The notes under the pieces are model-generated. The model saw only the letters and a program-made list of their open reading frames with translations, did no database searches and was not told the DNA's origin. Below are positions 15,281 through 24,350 of a stretch of 27,695 nt of DNA, piece by piece. A program made the position numbers and the translations under genes. Within the stretch, counting starts at the first letter, position 1; the number at the start of each line of letters is the position of its first letter. This stretch comes from a virus (taxonomy: Duplodnaviria; Caudoviricetes), in the IMG/VR virus record IMGVR_UViG_3300020414_002409, positions 1 through 27,695 of that record, one strand, 5' to 3'.

Positions 15281-15559
15281 TTAACTAGGCTCAACCGGCC
15301 ACTCGACATTTTGAGGGAATCCGGCAGAAGTAGGGAGGTCTCGCAGAGCTTGTCGGTAAGTTACCCAGGGCTGGGTATCCCAAGGAGCGTCAGAAACCAT
15401 TCGATAATCTGTGGCTAAGAGCCGAGCGTCACGCTCAGCCCGCACCTTTTCAGCAATTACTGCATCGTATGCAGCCTCTACAGAGAGTTCGTTATTCTTG
15501 ACGCGCAGGTCGTAGGACTCAAACCGCTTCCTAGCGGCTTCAAATTGTACTTGGTTCAT
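15281..15559 (-). CDS. tail fibre assembly chaperone
   Basis: RAERDARLLATDY...WVTYRQALRDLP...FP..VEWPVEP, located directly after a fibre gene. Confidence 0.85.
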   Translation of the reverse strand: MNQVQFEAARKRFESYDLRVKNNELSVEAAYDAVIAEKVRAERDARLLATDYRMVSDAPWDTQPWVTYRQALRDLPTSAGFPQNVEWPVEPS

Positions 15560-15561
15560 AA

Positions 15562-17661
15562 TCAGCTAGGGGTAACGATGTTAGATGGGCCGTATTCACT
15601 GCTGCCTTCAGAGTTTGTAGCTTGTGCAGAGACTTTGAGGGTTGTTCCAGCAGGCAGCTCTTCGTCAGGTGTATCACCTGAGGCAAAGGTGGCAGGGAAG
15701 GTAAGGGTTTGGCTGATATCCGGACCAACTTCCACATAGCCAGGGTCAGAACCTATGGTTCCAGTGACCGCACCCGAAGCGTTAATGATCAAATAGCGGG
15801 TGGATTCGCCGCTGCTTGTAGGATATTTAGCTTCAATCACATCACCAGCTTGGTAGGTATAAGGAGAATTAAGGCCAATTTCTGTACCAGAAATGCTGGT
15901 GATTTCGCCTTCTTTCTCATATTCTGTACTACCAGAAAGCCTAATTGCATCTCCTACATTGAACTGACTATAATCAGCACCAGTACCTTGCAGGGTAACG
16001 GTTTGCTGGCTATATGGATACTGGTCACAAGCTAATTTGCTACCACCTGAATATCCTTGTCCAATGAAGATAACTTTACCATCGCCATAAAGAGGAATGG
16101 TGCGACCGAAGAACTCGCTATTGCTAGTCGGTGCTTCCCAATCAAGAACCCACGTAGCACCACCGTTGTTTGTCGTAAACATTTGACGCACATGAGTGCC
16201 GCTATATCCATTTGTCCATGATGTTGCCCAAGCCCGGACTGAACCATTGTTGGGGTCTGTATCCAAATAATGAATCCAAGAATTATCGCCAGTATTAGGT
16301 CTAGGTACAGAAACGTTTGTCCAATCCCAGCCATCGGTAGAGCGATACAGTGAGTCATTTGATGCGCTAATCCAGAAATAACCAGCTGCAAAGGTTATCC
16401 ACCTCGCTTCTGAGTCATTAGCTACATTACGAATGCTCGGGGATGCAGTGTCAGCAAAATTGTGATCTGTAACAAAGACATATTGATGACTACCGTATTT
16501 TCGAAGAGCAACAACTTTTCCATTACCTACTGCGCACATGTTAGTGCCCGAGGAGCTATATGAGCCCACGTAGTTGGTTTGAGCTAATTGGTTTCCGTAA
16601 CCGTAGCCACGATAGATGTAGCCATCATACGTCCAATAGTATTGATTAGTTGCTGCGTCAAACCAAGGACGTCCCATATCAGACCAGCCTCCAGACCAGG
16701 TTGCACTGCTGATAGATGTGTTCCTAGACATCCTAAATCGCTTGGTGTTGGTTTTTGCCTCGTCCCACCAAACCAGGTATTCATAATTGTTGTTAGGTGT
16801 AGCTGGATAATATTGACCATACCTACTTAGAGTGGCACCAGAAAGACTGATGTTTGATACAACATACTGTCCGACATTATTGATATCGTCAGGGTCAACA
16901 GTAACCAAATACCCATTGGAACCAGAACCGCCTGGGAAATACAATGAATACCAATCATTTGATCCTGTAGTCACGCCAGGAGCCCATACTGGAGTCATGG
17001 GGTAGGCATTTTGAGAATAACTTCCGCTATTACTTGTCCTAGTTAAGTTGGGGAATGCTACTGCATTGTTGGAGGCAACTGCCTCAGTATTGGGATGAAT
17101 AGCAAACGAAGCAGTCACTTCACCCTTCAGACCTTTTTGGCTGTGAGGTGCACCCTCAACCAGCATATTGATATCTACATCGAATGTCTGGCTGGTAAAG
17201 CGATCACCGGTAGGATCATTCTCTGTAAGGGTCACACCGTTAACAACAGGAGCAAACTCGCTAGGAGCTGCTGATCCGACTGCTACCCATGCGGAGCCAT
17301 TCCATGTTTTAAGAATAGGAGCAGCGGGGTCTTCACTCGTATCAGTCCACAGCGCACCTTGGGAGGGGCTAGTAGGAGCTGTAGCTGAGATTTCATTGCC
17401 AACAACTTCTTCCCAGCTCATTGCACCAGAGCCATCTGTTGTCAGCACTTCGCCGCTGTTGCCAGATGTGTTGGGCAGTGTCAGCGTATAGTCTGCACCG
17501 GCAGAGTGGGCTGGTCCCTTCAGCTTTACGCCGTGGGAATTGTTTTCACAGTTGAGAGTAATCTCACCTGATTCACCAGCGCCACCCTTAACAACTACGT
17601 CATTAAATAGGCCTTTTTTACTGTCATCAACGACAGTTTCACCACTAATTTTGATTGCCAT
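15562..17661 (-). CDS. tail fibre / receptor-binding protein (699 aa)
   Basis: LNCENNSHGVKLKGP...YTLTLP and GALWTDTS...LKTWNGSAW fibre modules; Asp-box-like STDGWDW and TNNGGATW; SD GGAG. Confidence 0.85.
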   Translation of the reverse strand: MAIKISGETVVDDSKKGLFNDVVVKGGAGESGEITLNCENNSHGVKLKGPAHSAGADYTLTLPNTSGNSGEVLTTDGSGAMSWEEVVGNEISATAPTSPSQGALWTDTSEDPAAPILKTWNGSAWVAVGSAAPSEFAPVVNGVTLTENDPTGDRFTSQTFDVDINMLVEGAPHSQKGLKGEVTASFAIHPNTEAVASNNAVAFPNLTRTSNSGSYSQNAYPMTPVWAPGVTTGSNDWYSLYFPGGSGSNGYLVTVDPDDINNVGQYVVSNISLSGATLSRYGQYYPATPNNNYEYLVWWDEAKTNTKRFRMSRNTSISSATWSGGWSDMGRPWFDAATNQYYWTYDGYIYRGYGYGNQLAQTNYVGSYSSSGTNMCAVGNGKVVALRKYGSHQYVFVTDHNFADTASPSIRNVANDSEARWITFAAGYFWISASNDSLYRSTDGWDWTNVSVPRPNTGDNSWIHYLDTDPNNGSVRAWATSWTNGYSGTHVRQMFTTNNGGATWVLDWEAPTSNSEFFGRTIPLYGDGKVIFIGQGYSGGSKLACDQYPYSQQTVTLQGTGADYSQFNVGDAIRLSGSTEYEKEGEITSISGTEIGLNSPYTYQAGDVIEAKYPTSSGESTRYLIINASGAVTGTIGSDPGYVEVGPDISQTLTFPATFASGDTPDEELPAGTTLKVSAQATNSEGSSEYGPSNIVTPS

Positions 17662-17703
17662 GTTCGTGTCTCCACTCGGCGGTTAATAATTTTAGTATAA
17701 CAA

Positions 17704-17895
17704 TTAGGCGTCGTTGATATCACCGTTGACTTGCAGGTTGCCGGTAATAATAACGTTGCCATTTGCATCAGGCAGAATGGGCATACCACTCTGAGCTCCT
17801 CTGGACGTCCATTTTTGACCGTCATAGGCATACGTTACGCCACTGTATGTGTACGTATCGTTTGCAGAAGGAGAATTAGGAAAATTTAGGGGCAT
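17704..17895 (-). CDS. small fibre-associated protein (63 aa)
   Basis: LNFPNSP..DTYT...YDGQKW module typical of phage fibre proteins. Confidence 0.7.
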   Translation of the reverse strand: MPLNFPNSPSANDTYTYSGVTYAYDGQKWTSRGAQSGMPILPDANGNVIITGNLQVNGDINDA

Positions 17896-17944
17896 CGGTT
17901 TGTCCTCAAAAATTAAATAGAAGGTTATCGTTCCTAATTATTTA

Positions 17945-19687
17945 TTAGGAGTTTCCAGTTGTAAACGTGATGTAGTTGGATTCAACAGCTCGCGCATTAG
18001 CAGAGTTGTATTCAACTTTAACGCGATACTGTGTGTTGGCTTGCAAAGTGGGTTTGCCAGCCCAAGGTGTAGCGCCATTCTGAGAAGCTACAGGAGAGTA
18101 GTCATCCGCTTCAGTCACTACAGTCCAGGGGTCTGACGAACTTGCCCTAGTCTCTAATGTCCACTTACGGAAAGAAAGTGTGGCATCGCTTCCACTTACG
18201 GCTGTAGTGCCTGAGTTCTGAGAGGTGAACTCAACTTCACTGGGACTAGGTCCATATTGCGTAAGCGTTGAATTAGAGACAAATCCATAAGGACCGGCAC
18301 TGTATCCATGGTTATCATTATCTACAGTAATTGACCTGCCAGAAACTGAAATCGGAGTCATAATATTATTCACGCTACTTCCCAAGTAACGCAATTCTCT
18401 GTCGAATGCTTCAACAAAATCTGCCCCATCAACTGCTGCACCACCAGATTGGTTGAATACAGTATCACTAGCAAAGGTGATGGTCGTATGGCTAGTTTGA
18501 GCTGTGGGGAATAAGTTGCCCATCGCTAAGGTGCTGACCAGTGACATATCCTTAGAGAAGTAAAGACCACTTGGGCTTGATCCAAACATGACCCACTTGT
18601 TTTTCACAAACGCGGTACCAACCATGGTACTTGTGTTGTCGTTGACATAATTATGTCCCCAACTAGTAGTACTTCCACCAAAAGTGCAGCCAAAACCGTC
18701 ACCAGAACTTAATGCGTAAGCCCAATTACCGGCGCCATAAGCCAAAACGAATGGCCCTTCAGAAGCTGGCTCCCTGAATTCACTTGTAGAAACTAGATCT
18801 TCCTCGCTCCAGCTAGAGCCATTGGTAGATTCAAATGCATATGTAGCACCGCCTGAATTCGTTCCAATCATTAGCCATCTAGACTGATCATCTGAATAAG
18901 CAATGCCCTTTGCTCGTAAATACCAACCTCTATTAGAGTTATAACTCCAATTTATACCGTTACTGGAGTATTCACTCCAATTATTATTTCTTTCCAAGGT
19001 GACAAATTTACCACCACCATATTTGACGACATAAACGGTTTGAGTGGAGCCTGAGTGCTGGCTACTCTTATTAGAAGCAGTCCAGGTTGCTCCCCCATCA
19101 TCGGAGTATGCATAAGGCGCATTGCTTGAATTATTAGCCCTACCACAAATTACAATTCGCCCATTATTGGGAGCAGCTGCACATGAATAGATTGTCTGTA
19201 CATTAGAGGGCTGGGTTGCTGAAGACCAATTGTGTCCATCCGAAGAGTAGATAATTGAATTAGGACCAACTGCAACGTAGTTAGATCCGTTGAAGCAGAT
19301 ATCCTTGAAATTATCTCCAGTATGACTTGGCTGAGTAAATGTTTTTCCGTCGTCATCCGTATAGAAGATACCTGAACTGCCTTCAGCTATACCTACGATT
19401 CGACCATTGTTACCTTCAACAAGTCCTTTAGGTCCTTCCCAACTACCTGCTGCGAATTCAGAACGGCTTACAAACCCTTCATGCAAAATGGCGGTGCTTG
19501 ATTCAATATCATCAGTTTTAGCTGTGTAATTAAAAGCTCCGCCAACGCCTGCACCGTCCAGTGGTGTCAGGACTTCTACAGGGCTGCCAATGAATCCAGA
19601 AACCAAATCAAGGTCAGAAGCTGCTAATTTGTATTGAACTCCACCCCGTTCTACGAGGAGTAGATCGTCGTCGTTAATTGTACTCAT
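17945..19687 (-). CDS. virion adhesin with Asp-box (BNR) beta-propeller, paralogue B (580 aa)
   Basis: Repeated Y[ST]xDGxxW motifs; termini shared with the adjacent gene. Confidence 0.8.
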   Translation of the reverse strand: MSTINDDDLLLVERGGVQYKLAASDLDLVSGFIGSPVEVLTPLDGAGVGGAFNYTAKTDDIESSTAILHEGFVSRSEFAAGSWEGPKGLVEGNNGRIVGIAEGSSGIFYTDDDGKTFTQPSHTGDNFKDICFNGSNYVAVGPNSIIYSSDGHNWSSATQPSNVQTIYSCAAAPNNGRIVICGRANNSSNAPYAYSDDGGATWTASNKSSQHSGSTQTVYVVKYGGGKFVTLERNNNWSEYSSNGINWSYNSNRGWYLRAKGIAYSDDQSRWLMIGTNSGGATYAFESTNGSSWSEEDLVSTSEFREPASEGPFVLAYGAGNWAYALSSGDGFGCTFGGSTTSWGHNYVNDNTSTMVGTAFVKNKWVMFGSSPSGLYFSKDMSLVSTLAMGNLFPTAQTSHTTITFASDTVFNQSGGAAVDGADFVEAFDRELRYLGSSVNNIMTPISVSGRSITVDNDNHGYSAGPYGFVSNSTLTQYGPSPSEVEFTSQNSGTTAVSGSDATLSFRKWTLETRASSSDPWTVVTEADDYSPVASQNGATPWAGKPTLQANTQYRVKVEYNSANARAVESNYITFTTGNS

Positions 19688-19688
19688 A

Positions 19689-21542
19689 TCAGGAAGCTCC
19701 AGTTGTAAAGTATGCGTATTCAGACTCTATCTCTCTTGCATTAGAAGAGTAATATGCAACTTTAATCCGATACTGTGTATTGGGTTGCAAAGTTGGTTTG
19801 GTCGTCCACGTAGTAGAGCCATTCTGTGAACCGACAGGTGCAAAGTCATCTGCTTCTGTCACTACAGCCCAGGGATCCGACGAACTTGATCTGGTCTCTA
19901 ATGTCCACTTACGGAAGGCAAGCGTGGCATCGGTAGCAGTGACTGCTGTAGTACCTGCGTTTTGAGACGTGAACTCAATATCGTCGGGACTAGGTGCATA
20001 GACAGTTAGTGAAGAACTTGTTCTGATTTGATCCTGACCTGGGACAAAGTCGGAGCTCAGATTGGTATATGTTAGGGATATAGCCCCATCTGTAACTTCA
20101 ACGACATCGTAAAAGGTAAGATTGTCACTAACTCTCTTCAAGGTTCGGTCAAAGGTCTCTACGAAATCTGCAGCTCCAACAATTTCGCCAGTGGAGTTAT
20201 TGTATACGTTGCTGTTTTCGAAAGTTAAATCATACCGATTTGTGCTATAAGAATGCAGCATGTTGCTAAGAGTTGTCGGATTAGTTGTCCCTGACAAATC
20301 CCTGGTGAAATATAAACCTACCGTATTAGCACCTGTCAAGACGAACTTGTTTTTAACAAATGATCCACCCTGTATTTTATTTTGGGGACTGGGATACGTA
20401 ACATTCCAACTAGTGACATCTCCATTCTCATTCCTGAAGAGACCGTTAAAACTACTTGCTCCGTAAACGAATGTACCGTGACCATAGACCAAAACATTCG
20501 GTCCATTTGTCGCCGGACGACCGCTACTACTTTGTGAAATAGGATTACTATTATGAGTCCAAGTTTCACCGTCAGTAGATGTTTTAAACCGGGTTTGATT
20601 ACTTGAATAAGTACCAATCATTCCCCAATAACCCTGGTCATCATTATAGGCAAGGCCTACACCGTAGAATCCACTCTGTGCAGCCTCGTTGTAATACCAG
20701 TTAATACCGTCAGAAGAGTATTCAGGATTTGCGTAATTAGACCAACCACCTGTCGTTCTTTCAACACTTACCCATTTACCACCACCGAATTTGATGATCT
20801 CACGGGTCTGAACGTTTCCATTCATATACCATGTAGACTGCTGAGCTGTTGCATTAGAAGCAGACCAGCTCGACCCATTCGATGAGTATGCATATGGTGA
20901 ATTGCTTGATGAATTTGCACGTCCAGAAACTACAATTCGACCTGTTGCAGGATTAGCTGCACAGGAATAGATCATTTCTAGATTACTTGGTAAGTTAGCT
21001 GAAGACCAAGAGTGTCCATTCGTGGAGTAGATAATTGATTGTTGACCAACAGCAACGTATCTAGATCCGTTCCAGCAGATGTCTGTGAAATTACTTCCAG
21101 GATGACTTGGCCGTGTGATTGTTGTGCCGTCGTCATCTGTATAGAAGATACCTCCTTCCTCAGTTACACCGACGATACGTCCATTGTTACCTTCAACAAG
21201 GGGGACGCCACCGTTGAAACTTCCCGTCAATCCGAACTCAGAACCGGGTACAAATCCTTCGTATAAAGATTCGTCGACTGATGCAATATCAGAAGTTCTG
21301 CCAGTAAAGTTGATATTACCACCAACGCCTGCACCATCAACAGGTGTCAGAACTTCTACAGGGGTGCCAAAGCTTCCAGTTGACAAATCAAGGTCAACTG
21401 CTGCTAATTTGAATTGCACTCCACTACGTTCTACAAGGAGCAGATCGTCGTCATTGATGGTGTCTAGTTCATCGTAAGTGATCTGGTATTGAATACCGTC
21501 TCTTTCTACAAGTAGTAGATCAGTGTCATTTACAGTACTCAT
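19689..21542 (-). CDS. virion adhesin with Asp-box (BNR) beta-propeller, paralogue A (617 aa)
   Basis: Start MSTVNDTD at 21542 (ATGA overlap with the upstream stop); same architecture as 17945..19687. Confidence 0.8.
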   Translation of the reverse strand: MSTVNDTDLLLVERDGIQYQITYDELDTINDDDLLLVERSGVQFKLAAVDLDLSTGSFGTPVEVLTPVDGAGVGGNINFTGRTSDIASVDESLYEGFVPGSEFGLTGSFNGGVPLVEGNNGRIVGVTEEGGIFYTDDDGTTITRPSHPGSNFTDICWNGSRYVAVGQQSIIYSTNGHSWSSANLPSNLEMIYSCAANPATGRIVVSGRANSSSNSPYAYSSNGSSWSASNATAQQSTWYMNGNVQTREIIKFGGGKWVSVERTTGGWSNYANPEYSSDGINWYYNEAAQSGFYGVGLAYNDDQGYWGMIGTYSSNQTRFKTSTDGETWTHNSNPISQSSSGRPATNGPNVLVYGHGTFVYGASSFNGLFRNENGDVTSWNVTYPSPQNKIQGGSFVKNKFVLTGANTVGLYFTRDLSGTTNPTTLSNMLHSYSTNRYDLTFENSNVYNNSTGEIVGAADFVETFDRTLKRVSDNLTFYDVVEVTDGAISLTYTNLSSDFVPGQDQIRTSSSLTVYAPSPDDIEFTSQNAGTTAVTATDATLAFRKWTLETRSSSSDPWAVVTEADDFAPVGSQNGSTTWTTKPTLQPNTQYRIKVAYYSSNAREIESEYAYFTTGAS

Positions 21543-22297
21543 GGGAGAACCGGGAGTGAAGAAAGGCTGAGAGTTGTGTCTTGGGGCATCCAATGCCCAT
21601 GGCTAGCGTTCCATACAAGGGATTGACCATCAGCGGGCTCGTGTCCTGCGCCTGCTGTTTGGACGTCCGGCAACTCATTGATACTTGTAAGAGCTGCGTC
21701 GCCAGGCTTCCAAAGACCTTCCGATTCATTCCACATCAGAACTTGAGTATCTGTGGGTTCGTATCCTGTGCCCGTTACTCGTACGTCAAGCAGATCGTCG
21801 ATATTAATAGCTGCTTCATAGTCAGGTTTTGAAGCAACCCACTGATTACTGTCACCATCTTGGTAATAGATGTACAGGTTGCCATCTTCGGTGCTCCACC
21901 ACAGATCACCTTGACCGGGATTTGCGGGGGGATTTGAACCAACTGCATTTTCTGCTGGCAGATCAACAGCAGCAATTGAATTATCTACGTATTGCTTGGT
22001 AACAGCACCAAGTGCATTGACGGGATCACCAGACAGGATCATTTCACCTGTAAAAGTGTCGCCAGATTTCAGAGGGTAGCGTTCGTCAAGAGTTCCGCTT
22101 TGAAGGTTGGTGTCACCCAAAGCAGGCACGCCTTTGCTCGAAATCCGGATAATGTTGTTATTACTATCCTTCAGGAAAATACAGGGGTCGTCAAGGTTGT
22201 AGTTGACAGCCAACTCACCGTATTCCATTTGCGCCGTAGTTGGCGCTTTTGCAAACCCACCCTCTAAAACATTAGAGCGTTTCAGTTGTAGTTTCAT
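21539..22297 (-). CDS. tail fibre-like protein with an Mtd-N-like N-terminus
   Basis: LQLKRS...APT..MEYGELAVN..D..IFLKD; TKQYVD; GDLWW; two 'I.DL.DV...GQ.L.WN...W.P' repeats. Confidence 0.75.
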   Translation of the reverse strand: MKLQLKRSNVLEGGFAKAPTTAQMEYGELAVNYNLDDPCIFLKDSNNNIIRISSKGVPALGDTNLQSGTLDERYPLKSGDTFTGEMILSGDPVNALGAVTKQYVDNSIAAVDLPAENAVGSNPPANPGQGDLWWSTEDGNLYIYYQDGDSNQWVASKPDYEAAINIDDLLDVRVTGTGYEPTDTQVLMWNESEGLWKPGDAALTSINELPDVQTAGAGHEPADGQSLVWNASHGHWMPQDTTLSLSSLPVLP

Positions 22298-22332
22298 ATC
22301 TAAGTGGAGATAAAAATCCTACAACTATTCTA

Positions 22333-22890
22333 TCAATAAACTCCACCATCAATTACGTCTGAATACGTAATGCTTACACCACTTTTAGTAATAATATATG
22401 AGCCATCAGCTGCAGGTTTTTCTACCAAATTGCTCAAATCAGGTCCCTGGACTGTAATAGTTGAATCTGTTTCTTGATTCAAAGTGAATGAGTTTCCGGT
22501 CGGAAAGGATATGCCTTGTGTTCCTTGAAAGCTTATTTGATTACTACTGCCGCCAGTGCCACTAGATGCGTTATTTTCAACTGTCGTTAGTCGTGTATCT
22601 AATGTAGAGATCTCGTTTGTGTTAGTTGAAATATTTCCAGTGTTTACAGAAATATTGTCTGCATTAGCATTTATTGATGCTGCGTTTGCTGCAATAGATG
22701 CGGCATTTACGGCATCCCCATCATCTGTATATTGCTTGTTTGCTGCGTCACTATCTTGTGTCGGTGTAGGAACGCCTGTCAATCCATTTGATTGGACGTC
22801 AACACTTCCATCAACAAGCAGGTTGTCTCCTGATTGCAGAATTTCTTGGTAACCTGATGGGTTGAGTACTGTGATTTTACGATTAGCCAT
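22333..22890 (-). CDS. short fibre-like structural protein (185 aa)
   Basis: Start MANRKI at 22890 (TAATG coupling); DAANKQYTD motif, N/I heptads, C-terminal IDGGVY. Confidence 0.7.
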   Translation of the reverse strand: MANRKITVLNPSGYQEILQSGDNLLVDGSVDVQSNGLTGVPTPTQDSDAANKQYTDDGDAVNAASIAANAASINANADNISVNTGNISTNTNEISTLDTRLTTVENNASSGTGGSSNQISFQGTQGISFPTGNSFTLNQETDSTITVQGPDLSNLVEKPAADGSYIITKSGVSITYSDVIDGGVY

Positions 22891-23447
22891 TAGATCACCG
22901 TTGCAATTTGAATTTCTACGGATATATCGTTTTGCGAGACAGCTGTGCCGCAGACACGCACAACCGCACCTGGCGTTGTGGTGTCGGGCGTCCTTGTCCA
23001 TTTCCCTGGATTTGTACTGAGGTAGTACATCTCTCCAGGTTCCAAGAAGTTTGGAGCACCATCAACCAAAGTACTTACGCTGAAAATGGTCTCGATTTCG
23101 TTCCGAGTAAAGTTCACTAGCTGACCTGGGTTGCCATTAGTTACAGCCATACCTGCAACGACTGAAGTTTCATAGGACGATGCGTCAGCCAACCGCATAT
23201 CACCAGCACTGTCGATATAGACAAGATTGCCGACTGCAATCGACGGACTGTCATCTGCAACAGGCGCACGGAAACTGAGATCCGTGTTGCCGCCACCTCC
23301 ACCATCAACTGGGGGAGTTCCTGTATCGTCTATGGCAAGACGCCAGTGACCGACTGCTGCTGCGCTTGCACCTTCAGTAGATGGTTCAGGATTTAGATAA
23401 ACGTATTGTCTGCCAAACCTTTCTTTCGTATCACCTACATTAGGCAT
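22890..23447 (-). CDS. virion structural protein (decoration / head-fibre-like domain)
   Basis: GNLVYID...LADAS...AGMA...L.PG..YYLS..PG pattern. Confidence 0.65.
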   Translation of the reverse strand: MPNVGDTKERFGRQYVYLNPEPSTEGASAAAVGHWRLAIDDTGTPPVDGGGGGNTDLSFRAPVADDSPSIAVGNLVYIDSAGDMRLADASSYETSVVAGMAVTNGNPGQLVNFTRNEIETIFSVSTLVDGAPNFLEPGEMYYLSTNPGKWTRTPDTTTPGAVVRVCGTAVSQNDISVEIQIATVI

Positions 23448-23457
23448 CGCATTCTAA

Positions 23458-23694
23458 CTAGCTATCTTCTATTATTTTAGCGGCTCCAGGTGTTAGCCTT
23501 TCGAGTTCTTTTTTAAGCGAGTCTTCAACGACTACAGCAAGAAGATGTTGATACCGCATCAATGATTCAGCGCAATTAATAAGCTGCCTGCGAAGTTCCT
23601 CCACGTCATCACAGTTATTGATTTCATCGGCAATCACACGCAGCTTCAAGGATTTCTCCATTGGAAGTTCAAAGTCTTCTTTGCTAAACATCAT
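23458..23694 (-). CDS. helical protein, possibly a second NblA-like protein
   Basis: LPMEKSLKLRVIADEINNCDDVEELRRQL...LMRYQ has NblA-like helix-loop-helix spacing. Confidence 0.5.
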   Translation of the reverse strand: MMFSKEDFELPMEKSLKLRVIADEINNCDDVEELRRQLINCAESLMRYQHLLAVVVEDSLKKELERLTPGAAKIIEDS

Positions 23695-23754
23695 GGCTTG
23701 ATATTGCTTCTTCTGCTTTTACATTAGCGTAATTCACATTTATGAGTGAACATT

Positions 23755-23781
23755 AAAAAAGGGCCACGTAATGTGACCCTT
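23755..23781 (-). terminator. intrinsic terminator
   Basis: The minus strand reads AAGGGTCAC-ATTAC-GTGGCCCTT followed by TTTT. Confidence 0.8.
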
Positions 23782-23801
23782 CTGTGTATCCGTTTCGGAT
23801 G

Positions 23802-24299
23802 TTAGATGAGAACTACGTTTAGTGCGTGTCCTCCAGCTCCAGCAGTATTGACATGATTTGCCAGGTCTGCTGCAATCTCAGTGCTGATACCCATGTTGTT
23901 CATTGAGTACTCAATGAAATCAATGGTGTTGACTGGACTGTAATCGTTGACGATGGCTGTATCAGCTGAATCGTCCTGCACAGCATCTTCGTAATCGACG
24001 TCCGTAGTAGGCTCGGCTGCGAAGTCGCGATGTGCGTAGTTGTAAAGGTCTCCCTCGAAATGATCTTCGTTCTCGGTGTTAAGGTTCCATCCACCTTCCC
24101 ACACATAGAACTCATTATCAGTTGCAGTGAATCCAATGGATCTGTTAGATGTACGCCACTCTTGCATCTTCTGATCATCATTAAAGTGGATGAACAAAGA
24201 TTCGCTTGAGATAGCGCCGATCTTATCGATTCCCAAGTCGTCGTATGCTGCATCACCAGGTTGGAATACAACATACAACTCCAGGTTACCGTTGCCCAT
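23802..24299 (-). CDS. acidic protein (165 aa), in frame with the upstream fibre; possible readthrough extension
   Basis: 17 sense codons separate the fibre TAG (24351-24353) from ATG 24299 in the same frame. Confidence 0.75.
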   Translation of the reverse strand: MGNGNLELYVVFQPGDAAYDDLGIDKIGAISSESLFIHFNDDQKMQEWRTSNRSIGFTATDNEFYVWEGGWNLNTENEDHFEGDLYNYAHRDFAAEPTTDVDYEDAVQDDSADTAIVNDYSPVNTIDFIEYSMNNMGISTEIAADLANHVNTAGAGGHALNVVLI

Positions 24300-24350
24300 T
24301 GCATCCAGTTGTTGTGGAGCAAAGGCAAAGGTTGCTCCCGCCGTACCCAG

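Noticed and set aside
15562-22297. Diversity-generating retroelement or shufflon acting on the fibres
   Set aside because: No reverse transcriptase, no adenine-specific TR/VR pair and no inverted cassettes in the window. The paralogues differ at all base types.
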